A DNA stretch of 63,715 nucleotides, counting the filler, from Choristocarpus tenellus KU-1152 (Eukaryota > Protista > Phaeophyceae), in NCBI GenBank assembly GCA_964200185.2. It is 10 parts of 10 records of this genome, joined end to end, with 100 filler letters (N's around TTAATTAATTAA, not from the genome) between each part and the next. Parts side by side here need not be neighbours in the genome. Positions count along the whole stretch, not along the records: positions 6,109 to 14,970 come from CAXNAD020004248.1; positions 15,071 to 22,356 come from CAXNAD020006406.1; positions 22,457 to 34,245 come from CAXNAD020002138.1; 7 more parts are not named here. The stretch is one strand, 5' to 3'. A program made the position numbers and the translations under genes. Below the pieces are notes generated by a model. The model did not search any database, had not been told where the DNA came from, and saw nothing but the letters and a program-made list of their open reading frames with translations. Each line of letters begins with the position of its first letter. The stretch's first letter is position 1. This document shows positions 10,664 to 23,102 of this stretch, one piece after another.

Positions 10664-13600
10664 TCAAAACACTCCATACCTGCAGGAAGCAGCGGTGGTG
10701 GATTTAAAACATTTCATTTCTAAGGAATCTCTTTCAGCACATGTCCTCTGCATCACAGTAGGTTCCAAGGTTCCTGCCAAATTGAACTTCTACACTACTT
10801 GCACATAATGCATATCCCCTCACAAAACAACACACAACATTGATGGAGCTCTCAGGTTGGACAATTTCTTTTTTGCAAGACTTGCCATCGATCTCAGCAT
10901 AACATTAAGAAAAAGTGCTACTGCGAGACAGTATATGATTGATTGAGGTCATCTTTGAACCTATGGATTACTTGTCTATTCTCATTGTCAACAAACTTAC
11001 AGCTGTGGTGAAAAGAAGGGGTAAGCAACAGCACTTCAATAGTTTTGAGAAGTGAGGGCGATATGTCAATTTAAATGTAATAATGTTTTTGAAGAAGGGT
11101 TCAGATTCAGAGCTTGATGCACACACGTGGAAGTACTCTTTAACTGGGAACGGTGACAGGGATGATTGATGATGCCCTTGATTATCTTGTAAGGCTTGCT
11201 TGTTTGACAAATGATCAGGGGCATAGTAAAACTCACAATATTCCTTGGGCCACCCAGTACACAGAACTCACAGTAACATAAATATCTCCCAAGTCAGTCA
11301 AGGTGCGGCTTACCTCGAAAGAATCTCAAACTGAGGGGGACGAAACCTGAAGATGAATTCCTCGAGCTTGCCCTGTAAACAGGCAGGTATGGTCGGTATA
11401 GACTTGGAACCTCAATGTTGTGTATGGATGTCCTTTGAGAGGCTGACAAAACTCCACAGTCATTACTATTAGACATGACTATCACATTGTTTAGGATAAC
11501 TGTGCACATGTCTGATGATTTGTTACAGGCGACCCTCACTCACAAAAAAATCTGAACAATGCAATGCGATAGCAGGAGATACGATGGAGAAGGATATGAC
11601 CACACCAAAGTCGTCACAAGAGGGGAAGGGACCAATAGGGGAGTTCAAGGGCCCACACCACAATTTGTTAGATACATCGTTGAGGGAAATTACTCCTGAC
11701 CCATTCGCAATAACAGGTGAGCAGGACTCCATTTGGTTATGAAAACAGGCAGACAAGGTGAGAATCTGTATACAAGTATGTTGTCTAATGGCATAACTGT
11801 GCTGTGTAACAGCACCAATGCTGACGTTTGAATTTTTTCTCAGATTCCATCTGCTCCTCCACTATCGTGAGAGCGAACACACGATCACATCAACTCAACA
11901 GAACTAGACCATGGAGCACCAAAGCAATCTTTACCCACAAGAACTTCAAGGCTGCTATTAACACCACTCCTGCGAGCTCTGCTTTGCAATCAAAATCATG
12001 AGTCGATTTCACGCACCCTTGTGCTCAGTCGATCATCCTCTCCTCTAATCACTCCTAGAGATTGTGCCAAGGTGACTACCTCTTCCCCAGCACGGCGAAT
12101 GTCATCAGGACCTGGGGAGCACATGTTCTCAATCTCAACAACCTGGTGCCCAAAACAAGCGCGATCCACATCAATGGATGTTGAACCCAGCCTTCATCAA
12201 AATGCGTGTAATGGGTGAAATTCACAAGAGGGTCAAAAAGTCAGATGGACTGATGGACATGGACAAATGATATCAACAACGCATATGGTTCGATACCCCT
12301 GTACCACTAACAAAATAGATGCAGCTTCTCAATAATTGGAGGGGCTGCTGATCTTTCCTTGACAGCGCAACCAAGCATGGCCACACTACCAAAAACACTA
12401 GCTGGAAGTACCTGGAGAGTGCTTTTGCCCCTTCTTGTTACTCTTCTCAGCACATATGTATTGATTACATGCAGCTGCCTTGATTAATTGAGTTGCTTCC
12501 TAGCCTCGATATGAAACAAATCAAAGCACTCAGAAAAAAAATAATGAAAATAAAAATACATTTCAAAGTAAGCAAGGTACTACTGTAGAACAAAAATTAA
12601 GTATTCTGCCACAAGATGCAGGGTATTGGTCAAATGATATTTCAAAAGCAGCAGATGGCCATCTCGATCACAATGACACGGAGAGGGAAGGACAAGGGGT
12701 GAAGGGCTGAGAGATTAAATGGAATGCAAAAAAAAAACTAGCACTATGTTAGGCAAGGTCTAATGCCTGCACAATAGAAACTCAGATGAGGGATTTTTGG
12801 TCACGGCACCTCAAGGGGTCAGTACCAATACTGCAAGTGGGTTGTGCTGTGGGCAGTCACTCCATAGTTTCTTCTATGATCCCTACCAAAGATATTTCAT
12901 AAAGCACATTGCTGCTTTAGACTATTGTGATGATGTAGGCTTGAACACTCACAAAACACCTGCGGCATGCCCTTTTGCACCCTCTTGCTTGCCCCTCAGA
13001 GGCACAAAAAAATCAACTGGGTTCATTTGTGCCCATTAATGCATCAATGTACACATTGACCTCATAATCCATGCACTCTGGATCAAAGAACGAAGTGCAG
13101 CACAAGTGCTAACAACAAGACACACACAAGGACAGGGGGTGGCACGCAAAGACACCCTTCGACCACTTTGTCAAGTGCCACCTAACACCAAATCTCAGGG
13201 GAGGACCAGATAGTTGCATTGATATAGATACAGGCATGTAAACTAGGGCTCCCAAACGTGCTGGGGCACTGGATTCTGCCAAGATATTGGAGGTTGTTGC
13301 CCAATGAATACGGTCACGTCAGGGGATAGGTATTGACTATCCCCAACATACAGTTAAGTCTCAATCTCATGTACATCTTGAACGTAGATACCTGGAGGTG
13401 TGAACGAACTCCCTCACCTTCCTCCCATCAGTTTAGAACCGAAAGATCAGCCTGTGGGTACTTGTAGTACTCGGATAGTACTCCCTAATACTGTGTTACA
13501 GGCAATCATGGAACAGTAGATAGAGAGGGCTGAAATGGCCACACTCGAAAGTACTCAAAATTACATGGAGGAAAGATTGGAGCTGTGCTTCATCAGGGGT

Positions 13601-14896
13601 GATTAATCAGCAACCACTCTCACAGAAAAAAAAGAAAAAAACCTCGATTTCGTTATACTCTTCTAACCTTTCAATAATCAGCCCCTTGCCAGTCACCTCC
13701 CATGCCCCCACCTAGAGGTGCGCCCAAGGTCCCTATCTTAAAACCTGATGTCCCTAAAGAAAGAGTATTGGGAGAGGATATTTGTTATGGCTCCCACCTG
13801 TACTTCACCCGGTTGGTCTGGTATTCTGCAAAGGGAGTGAAACCACTCCTTCTCAATGTTTCTTCTGATAATGTCTTCCAAAGCCCAGGTTCTGCTACAA
13901 GTGAAGTTTCCTGGTCTTGCACATTCAGCAGGTCTTCAGCTTCCAATGCCATGAGGATGCCAGGAGCCTGCGTAATCTCCTCATATGCTGTCACCCCACC
14001 AGCAGTAGAGGACTTTGCCTCACCCTTTCCTGCTGGCACCTGTTCCAAGAAGGTTTGCAAATGTGGGTAGTAGGTCCAGGATGGGCAGGGTGCATCTTTT
14101 CAAGGTCCTTCAGGAGCAGGCAAGAAGACTTAAGACTTGGGACCTTTGACACTCTAACCCTCCCTCAGTGTGCTACTTCTGTGCCACGACGTAATGCACT
14201 TGGAAGAATCTTGGTATTACTGTGTGCTGTGTTGTTCCCATCAAACAGGATGGTACCATTATCCTCACAGCAGGTGCCATGAGGTGATACATCACTGTTC
14301 CACTCCAATCTGAGCCAGAGTTAAGCCAACCAAAATATCGAAGAGCCTCTAACAAGATGAACCAATGATCAAGAAGCAAGTGATAGAGAGGTCCCCTCCC
14401 TGCACCCATACTATTACTATTAGTAGCTACACAATTAAAAAATGATCAGCAGTCCTCCAGCATGCAGACAATAAGAACATACACATGTACCAGGTTGAAT
14501 GAATCCCTACGTACACCCTCATAGCACAAAATGTAACTTTGACTATTATGCCAAACATGCCCAACAGGGTTTTTTTTTTTTTTTTTTGAAAAACAATGAA
14601 ACAGAAAGGTGATGTAGAAGAGGTCTCATGGCAGGTGGACATTCCCCTAAATCTTCAATTTCATCTCTAGGACAGCTGTGCCAACACTAGCAGAGTAAGC
14701 AGGGAGCACACAAGCAAGTCTTCAGGGAAGGGGGCAGGGGTTGGGCAAGGGAAGGACGCAACTTAAGTTCCCAGCGCCCACCCCTTGAGCGAAGCCACCA
14801 CCCCCGTTTTGTGAGGGAGCAGTCTGGCCCATCCCAATACACATCCGTGAATATTTGCTCACCAACAAGACGACCACCACGTCCCAAAATCACCTC
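10664..14896 (-). CDS. THTPA: Thiamine-triphosphatase-like CYTH-domain protein, 5'-partial. Exons 14896-14762, 14039-13798, 12191-12017, 11372-11314, 10679-10664
   Basis: Spliced product carries THTPA hallmarks in order: FTDVYWDGPDCSLTKRGWWLRSRGGRWELK, TAYEEIT, FAEYQTNR, SIDVDRACFGHQVVEIE, GKLEEFIFRFRP. Exon phases are consistent. The first donor reads TT rather than GT. Confidence 0.8.
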
Positions 14897-15437
14897 CTGC
14901 CCCCAATGCAGCAGTGATGAGCAGGGGCAAGGGTGTGGATCAAGGGGGTGGGGTAAAAAAAATGCATACTNNNNNNNNNNNNNNNNNNNNNNNNNNNNNN
15001 NNNNNNNNNNNNNNTTAATTAATTAANNNNNNNNNNNNNNNNNNNNNNNNNNNNNNNNNNNNNNNNNNNNCCCTATCCCCCATCCCCTATCCCCTATCCC
15101 CTATCCCTCCACATCTAACACTGCCACCGCTGCAAAACACAGCTAACTCTCTCTACCTGGAAAGTCCAGTTTCATGTTAGGGTCCTCTTCTCATGGTAAA
15201 CCCTGTCATTATTTTCTTTGCACCCCTTGGTGCACCACTTCTACCTGTCCTTGACAATGATCAGCCCTCACTCCACCTCCTCACCAACTGTCCTCTTTTT
15301 TGAGGAAATCATTGATACTAGTTTCAACCTCCTGACACCCTGCATGCAGTCCAACCACCGTCCTGGTTTGTCTCTGTGTTTGGGCCTTGACTCAACCCAA
15401 GAGTTTCAATGATCTCTGTTGATTTGGAGCCAAGGTG

Positions 15438-15820
15438 CTAGTCCTTGTATGCCTGGACTGTTTGTTTGTTTGTTTGTTGGGAAGATTGTACTATCATTCC
15501 AGCCTGATGAGATTGAGATTGAACACTGCGGTGGTCACCTGAGACATAAGACACGCGCAAATGAATTGGGATATGCAAGAGGTCCTTCAAGCGATTGATT
15601 ATAGCTGTGGCCAACCAAACCTTACCCATTGGCCTATTGTTGCCAAACCCTTGGAATAAAGCCAACCGCAGTATTATGAATACTACGAGTGGAACCGTCT
15701 CTGGAGGGAAGGCGATCTTGGTCCTTTTGAGCTTGGAGATATTTTTGCCCTTGTTTTTGTACAGCACCATTCACACCCATGCTCGAAATCTACTCCGGGG
15801 GAGTTGTCTCTAACCCTCAG
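15438..15820 (-). mobile_element. Possible LINE (non-LTR) RT remnant
   Basis: VLYKNKG and GKVWLATAIINRLK resemble LINE RT motifs (LYKxKGD...GKVLARIILNRL); degenerate. Confidence 0.35.
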
Positions 15821-16531
15821 GAGGGTGTGGCTGTATGAGAAGATTAGGAATGATAGGTAGCACATTTCTAGCCGAAATCATCCTTGACAGTGCTCAAAAT
15901 ACATCTGCCTCAAGGTGGTCGTCATAGGGACCCTTAAGAGTTGATGACACCCCCCTTAAATGGTATCGCTCATATCCTGCAACTTTATCCCCTGAATTGT
16001 AACACAAATGGATGTGTTATGTTGTACTGGGGGTATCATATCCATTATCTGAAATCAGTATGGAAGTTGAGTGTGGTATTAGTATTAGTAGCATGTCCTA
16101 AGTAAGCGCAGTTGTTACCCCACTACACTTTGGAGATGATAAACAATACTAGAGGTGGTTGCCCCACATGGAAATGGGCACACCATTTCCTTTGTGGGGT
16201 AAGAAAATCAGACGTCATTAACAACACAAGAACGGTTGGTGAAGTCGTCAGGAAGGGTCAGAGGTTGAAGTTGATAGATCAGGATCAGTGTTATAATTGT
16301 GGTTTGTGAATCAGATGAGATGGATACTGAGTTCTATGCACACTAACGAATGTTCCTCCCCCACTAGTAATACTGATGTCATCATAAATTCTTTCAGCTA
16401 CCCTAACCCTACAATGAGAAGACGTGCGATGCTGCCTTCCTCCTCCTCAACCAACTCCCCCGCTTCACCCCAACCCCTCTTGTCATCGCCTCCTCACTCC
16501 CTAAAAAAAACCATTTCGCGTCGTTCGGTTC

Positions 16532-16568
<37 letters not shown>

Positions 16569-16716
16569 TTTTTTTTTGCGCAAACACGCCGGGTTTTTTC
16601 AAGGTGTTGAGNNNNNNNNNNCCCCCCCCCCCCCCCCCCCCCCCCCCTCCCCCCCCCCCCCCCCCCCACAAAAAAACCTTTTCCGGTTTTCGGTGCCCCC
16701 CCCCCCCCCCCCCCCC

Positions 16717-19700
16717 TGCCGTGCTTGACCTTGACTTGGTTCAGCAAAAGTACCTGGGTTTTAAACTGGTTGTCGAGGCGGCCTCCCAGCCGTCTCTCTA
16801 CGCTGGACCCTTGGAGTTCCGGGTGGGAGGAGGCCTTCCTTCTGTGAGGCAAGTCGGCGATGACGGTAGCTGGCGCTTGCATGCGAACTGGCAGGGGGAC
16901 TTCGATCCTGACCATCTCAAGGTGTGGGGGAAGGTGGACAATAAGTGTGTTCCTTTGTTGAAGTAGTAGTGGTACCTACCCCCCGGCCTGAGATGAGATG
17001 TTGTTGTGCTTGGTTTTCGGCAGAGTGTGCAACTATGATACGTACAAAGTACTGCTCTCTTTTTTCTTTTTTCTTTTCCGCTTTCGCTTGTACTTTATTT
17101 TTATTCTTTTTTTTTCAGCATTTTTTTTGTGTGCATGCTCTTTGTGTAGATTTTTGGACTTTTTTTTTGTGATCTTGGGTGGGGAATTTTTCCCTCGCAT
17201 TAGCGGAGTAGTCCTAACCCTAAACCTAAGTGATCTGGTTTGGAGGTACTATACAGAAATCGAGTACCACTGTTGTTCTGGAAACTGCCACATCTACTGG
17301 TACAGTACTATTACTTTGTATGCCAGTTGTTTTGGGAACGAGATAAGCACAACACCTGTGAAAAAAACCCAACTTAATTTGGCGTTTTTGGTGTGTTCCT
17401 GAAAAATCAACAGGACTAAAAAAGTTCTCGATACCTTTCCTTGGCTAGGTCCTTTTTCCTATCATGCATGAAGTATCAACACAAAGCCGTACTTGACATA
17501 CTCTTACATATTTGGTTTATGTATGAATTTTGTTTTGAAATGTTAAAAACGTCTGGAGCAGTAGTGGGGGTACAGTAGTGGGGGTACAGTTTTGGACGGA
17601 GATAATGAGGCCGATGGTGAAGAACCAATACATGTGTGTGTGTTGAAGAACTGAGACACTGCCTTATTGCCATCACCCTTTTGTTAGTCTGGGAGCTAGA
17701 CTAGCTGGGGTCCAGGTCGGCCCAGGACCGGTCCTGTCATGAAAATCTAAGTGGTTTTGTCCACAGCCCAACCATGTTGAAACAGTCAACCACCATGGAT
17801 CGACTATGTCAGGAATATTTCAGCCATGACCGGCCTGGTAAAATCCGTTTCATACCCGAGTGGGATTTGTCAAACCAATACTGTACCTCTTTTTGTTGTA
17901 CATCACCTCAATTAAACGTGTGAGACAAACACCACTCTGCCACCTCACTGACTTCGGGATCTTACGAAGGTCCGGGCCCCGGGGCTCAGGAATAATTTTA
18001 TGGTACCTACCGTATACTGTGGTGGTGGTTCAGGGGTTTTTAGGCAGGAGTTCTGTGGATTAGTTAAGGAGGTTCAACCCCTTTGGTGCCAGGGTTCTTC
18101 TCACGGAAGTCTGGTTCTCCTGGTGCTATTCCATGCAGCAAGCTCGTCGGATTGTCCAACTGTATTGCACTGTATGTACTGTACTATCCTGTATGTACTG
18201 TACTGTACTGTCCTTTATGTACTGTACTATCCTGTATGTACTGTACTGTCCTGTATGTACTGTACTATCCTGTATGTGGTGATGCCACGAGAATGCCTAG
18301 CTGAGAACGAGGTAATAACTTCAAGGCGGTTCCAGCAGAAGATTATTTCAGGGAGGAGACAGAGCAATGAGTGGGGGGAGGGGAGTGCTGAACTCAATGT
18401 GTGAGAAAAGTAGACATTAGCGGAGGTAGTGCCAACAGCCGCAGTGGAATAGTTGGTCAGTGTGCCTAGTATGAGAAGTAGTGCATTGTGTATTGCCTCT
18501 GACCATGGGTCGGGATAATACCTCAGATTAATGTGATGCAATAGTATTATTATTGATGATAGCATTTTACTAGAATGTAGTGTTTGTAATGCTGCAGGGC
18601 CCTTTGACCAGGGCAGCAAATGTCGAGTCCCACAATTTTGTGACATGTCCCAGTCCATGTCCCCTGGGCAAACCGGGTCCAACAATTTCTAACATATCTG
18701 GGACCACATCCAGTAGGTACTTTATTGGTCAGACCGGGTCTAGCATTCTCTAACATATCCGGACCATGTCCACTGTGTGTGTGTGTGTGTGTGTGTGTTC
18801 AGAAAAGTTTAAGTTTAGGCGCCATGGACCACAGCCTCAATTGAGGTACACTCCAGAGTGGTAGTAACAACAGTGGTTCTAACAGTGGTACCAGCAGTGG
18901 TACCAGCACTGGCACCAGCAATGATGACAGAAGTGGTTCAGTTGAGATGTCTAGTTAAAAATAAAATTATATTTGTAGATCTTGGTGTTGATACAAAGCT
19001 TCCTTTTGTTATGTGTATTGTAGACCTTGGTGAGATGTACAGTACAGCACCTCCTCTGTTAGCATTCAGGATCAGGTCGGACAGCTTGCTGGGCAAACTA
19101 TGAATGCCCAAGGTGGTAGGGTAATCCAAAGTATCAGATTTGTACTGTTTCTTGCAGGAGGTCTTCCAAAACCCACTGTGAGGTGACCCGAAAATCTCAG
19201 TAGGCCTCTTTATCTATATAAGAACTGAAACCGTGTGAGAGGGGGTTTTCTTATCTACACAGTTTCTTCCCAGGAGTGAACTACCCCAAAGATTTTTTGA
19301 GGTGGTAGTGAATGGAGGATGGGTATGTTCTTACCTGGATTTTTGGGGGGTGAATGAGGTCAAAGGTTAAGTTTGAGATGGGACTCGTAATGCGTAGCAT
19401 CGGCCAATCAGATAACTTTTTTGTACCAGTTATTGCGTGGAAAAGCAAAGGTGGACATGTGCAGTATTAGGTTGAATTTCACTAATTGAATTTGTACATT
19501 TTAGGGTTTATAATATATAAATGAATTATTAGTATGTTTTTTTTTAGATTGGATAGGAAATCGAGACTGGGCAGAACCTTCCACCTGTCACTCTCCCCTG
19601 GTGACTCCCCATATCCCAAATACCTTCCAACATTATTATTATTATTATTATTGTTATTATATTATTATTACTATTTTTATATTATTATTATTATTACTAT

Positions 19701-21987
19701 TATTATATCACCCAAGCTACTCTACTGATGGTGGTACAATATTACAATATTTTGTTCAACAAGGGTATTTGTCTTTGTCACATGTTCCCCCAGGGGGATT
19801 TAACCTACCGACCCACATCTCATGCCCCGCTAGATTCAACTCGTTCCAGGTCTCTTGGAGATGTTTGTGAGGTCCTTTTTGTCTGAGCAGTTAGGCAGTG
19901 CCCACTCAGGCGGCTATGGGAACCAACTGTGTACCTCCAGTGCGGACTGTGAAGGGGGAGATGACTGTGATGGGTATGGTGAGGGGTCGGCCATGGAGTG
20001 CCTGAGAGGCCGGTGTATGTGCCCTGCAGGGTTCTACCATATAGCGTTGGGAGTTGGACTTGAAAGGTAGGTTCATAGGCTGGGAAAGGGGAGCTGGGAG
20101 GGGGGGGGAGGAGGAGGCTACGTAAGTGATTTCTTTTTGGGTGGAGTAGGTATGCATGCTGAATATACAGTAGGACGTAATGGAGTACTGGGAGTTGTTT
20201 GGATTTTGGTAATGCCTTAAGATGGTATGTGAAAACTCTACTTTTTTGTGCGATAGGTGTGCTTGATGGTAGTGATTGCAGTGATTGCAGTGATTGAAGG
20301 GGGTATGTGGGGATGGGTGCCTTGTGTGTGTGTATGTGTGTGTGTATGTGTGTGTGTGTGTACATTGCAATGGTCTGTTGACTGGACTCTGGTTGCAATG
20401 GATTGATCTGTTTTGCTTGTGTTTTGGTAGGTGATGACTGGAGATTTGTGGTGATTGGAATGGTCATTCTTGATGAACAGTTCTATTTCGAAATGATCAG
20501 AGGGGAAGTGGCTTCACTAGCGGAGGTGCTTACTTGGAGCACCTCAAGGTACAGTTTTTGTCTTTGTGTGTACCTTAGTAGAAGAAACAGTTGAGCAGTC
20601 AAATTATGTTTCTAAGAACGGTATGATCAAAAGAAATAAAAAAGTAGATTTTTTTCTACTTTTTTTTGAAATATATTTTACACATAGTATGTGCAAGTAA
20701 CAGATCGGAATTTTTTATTTTGACAGTCTCTTTAAAACATATATATATATATATATAATAATATGCCAAACACGAGCCATTTCTCAATTATTTTTTTCCC
20801 CTGTTGTGAGTGAGTATATGGTGCTTGCAACTCGATGTCCTGAGGACATTGGGACTTGCAATGTAACTTGCCCTAACAATTGGGGGGGACAACTCTTCTG
20901 AAATCAACATGGAGGACTGTATATAGCATCTACTGCAAAGCAATGCGCATTTGTTCATTTTGTCAAAGCATCATGTCCTATAATATGTATGTGTATGAAT
21001 GTCTTGGATGTACACGCACATATGTATGTGTGTATATGGTATACTATGCCTATTTGGCTGTGCTTTGAAGCATATTTCACTGTGGATGCAGTATTTCTGT
21101 ATGAGAGTATTGTACTCCCTTATTACATATTATTATCAGTGCTGGTGTTACACTTCGCATGTGTCGTTATTTTTTAGGTCAAGCCCTAAACCTGGGGATA
21201 CACCTCTGGCCCAACCTAGATGACTTTTTCTGTCCTCCAAAGTCTTCTAACTACCTCTTGCTTCTTACCCCATTCAGAAGACGTTTTTAGTGAGTAGGTG
21301 TAGCAATATGTCTCGGATGCTAATTCGCTAATACCCTAAAATATCGTCATGTTAGGGTGTGTGACAGATTGCCACATTCGTTAAGAAGCCTCAAAATTAC
21401 TTTTTTTGAACTGTGACAATGTGTACACTCGCTAGAAAAAAAGGTCAAGTACTGGAAGGATATGAAGTCGTTTTATAGAAAGAGTTTATATCTATACGTT
21501 ATAGCAAGTCATGTTAGCCAATCAGATTGTATCAACTGCCGCATGGGAAGCGTCACCGTTTTGGCTCTTATTTGAGTTTTGATTGATGGATTGGTGAGAT
21601 TGAAGTGTCCAACAGAGCCTACTCTTCACGAGGAATCCATTAGTGACCTCCCCCTACTCTATTTGTCTTGTGGGAGGATGTAAGTTTAGCGAATGTACAT
21701 ATTGTCATGTTTGGTAGTTCTTTTTAGCCAGTGTATGCAATTGTCTCTATTGTTCTGAATATATCTCTCTCTATATATGTAGTTTTTTATATCTCTTTTA
21801 ACCCACATACACACACAAATATTGAACCTCTGAATGTGTCAACTATTACCCCAACGTTCAAAACCTTGTACCATCCCTTGTTCATGGCAGGACATCATCT
21901 CTTGACCAGTATAGCATAGTTGATGGGGCTGGCGACATAGGAGCCCCTCTGTGGACAGAGGTAAACTGGAATTCAATCGGGGTGGAG
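16717..21987 (+). CDS. NCSTN: Nicastrin (gamma-secretase subunit), partial. Exons ~16717-16921, 19834-20066, 21891-21987
   Basis: In-phase splicing gives QPSLYAGPL...IQLVPGLLEMFVRSFL...C..DC...ECLRGRCMCPAGFYHIALG...APLWTEVNWNSIGVE, matching the nicastrin C-terminal Cys cluster and WTExxW motif. The 5' end is obscured by poly-C/N, and the TM exon lies beyond the contig. Confidence 0.75.
18171..18277. repeat. Intronic minisatellite (TGTATGTACTGTACTATCC-like units)
   Basis: About 5 tandem 19-24 bp units. Confidence 0.85.
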
Positions 21988-22879
21988 GTGAGAGAGACCT
22001 TTTCCTGGGGAAGGGGAAAAGTATGGCTCCCCAGAAAACAAATCGTTAATGCGATTATTTCTTCCGGTGATACTTTTTTGTCTTATATTATCAATTTTGT
22101 GTTGTTTGTTACATGATACATGTGTGAATAGTGAATCGTAGAAGGACAAGGTAGGGCTATGGGTACCAAGTGTTACAGGTTATATATCTAGTTTACATGG
22201 TGGTGTTGTTGTACGGGGTGCTTAGAATATTACAGGTTTCCACTGGGCTGGCAACTACCATGGTCCTATCTACCGACTGGACTGGTACCAAGAACATCTG
22301 ATGGATCCCAAGTCCATGTTCGCTGGTCAAAATATAACCAAACGCATGGCATCCCCNNNNNNNNNNNNNNNNNNNNNNNNNNNNNNNNNNNNNNNNNNNN
22401 TTAATTAATTAANNNNNNNNNNNNNNNNNNNNNNNNNNNNNNNNNNNNNNNNNNNNGCAAAACAACCATCCTCATAGTCCCGCTCCATCCTCAATTTTGC
22501 GAATCCCCTGTTAATACCAAAACATCCTTCACAACAACCAACCATAGAAATGTCAATAGGGACAATAAGAAGTAGGCAAGATATACAAAGATGTGAAGTA
22601 TCCACACCGTAGTTGTGTGTATTTGTTAACCATAACCTTTTCGTTGTCTGCTTTAAGATATGGGTTTCCCTAGAAAGTTTTATAAAACTGCCCATCATCA
22701 CTATATATTCTCGCCCTGTTCGTGCTTCCTCCAACAACAGTCACAGCACCAACCCAGTCAGCCACCCACACTAGTTCTGACAACTAAAAGTAAGTCAGTC
22801 ACAAGCCAGGGGGTAGAGTCCAAGAAGCAGTAAGAAAGGAGCTGAGGGTAAGGTTAGGAATTAGGTAGAGGGGGATTTG

Positions 22880-23102
22880 ATTTGCAACGCATCGTTCCGC
22901 GCTTTAAGGCTTTCGCGCGCCGACTTCAACATACAGAGAGACAGTGCCATATGTAAGAGCGAGTAAGACCACGACTAGACCCCAGAGAATATCAAACATA
23001 AGATAGGGTTTCGACCTTTCCCTCTTCAAAAACTCAAATACGAAATAGGGTAAAACTCTCCCAAAGGAAGAGTGAATCATCAATCAAGGCCCCCTCTGGA
23101 CG
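22880..23102 (+). promoter_or_regulatory. CpG-rich putative promoter/5' region of NDH2
   Basis: CG-dense stretch (CGTTCCGCGC...TTCGCGCGCCGAC) immediately upstream of ATG 23103, in an otherwise CG-poor sequence. Confidence 0.4.

Noticed and set aside
16530-16716. Poly-Pro/poly-Gly ORFs (also 3389-3637, 49060-49140, 53030-53099)
   Set aside because: Poly-C/G runs next to N gaps are low-quality sequence.
18048-18125. Extra nicastrin exon (EFCGLVKEVQ...)
   Set aside because: The flanking exons join in phase without it and it shows no nicastrin similarity.
19400-19420. Recurrent CCAATCAGA motif (4784, 19404, 21518, 34562) as CCAAT boxes
   Set aside because: Not positioned at identifiable gene starts; more likely old repeat debris.
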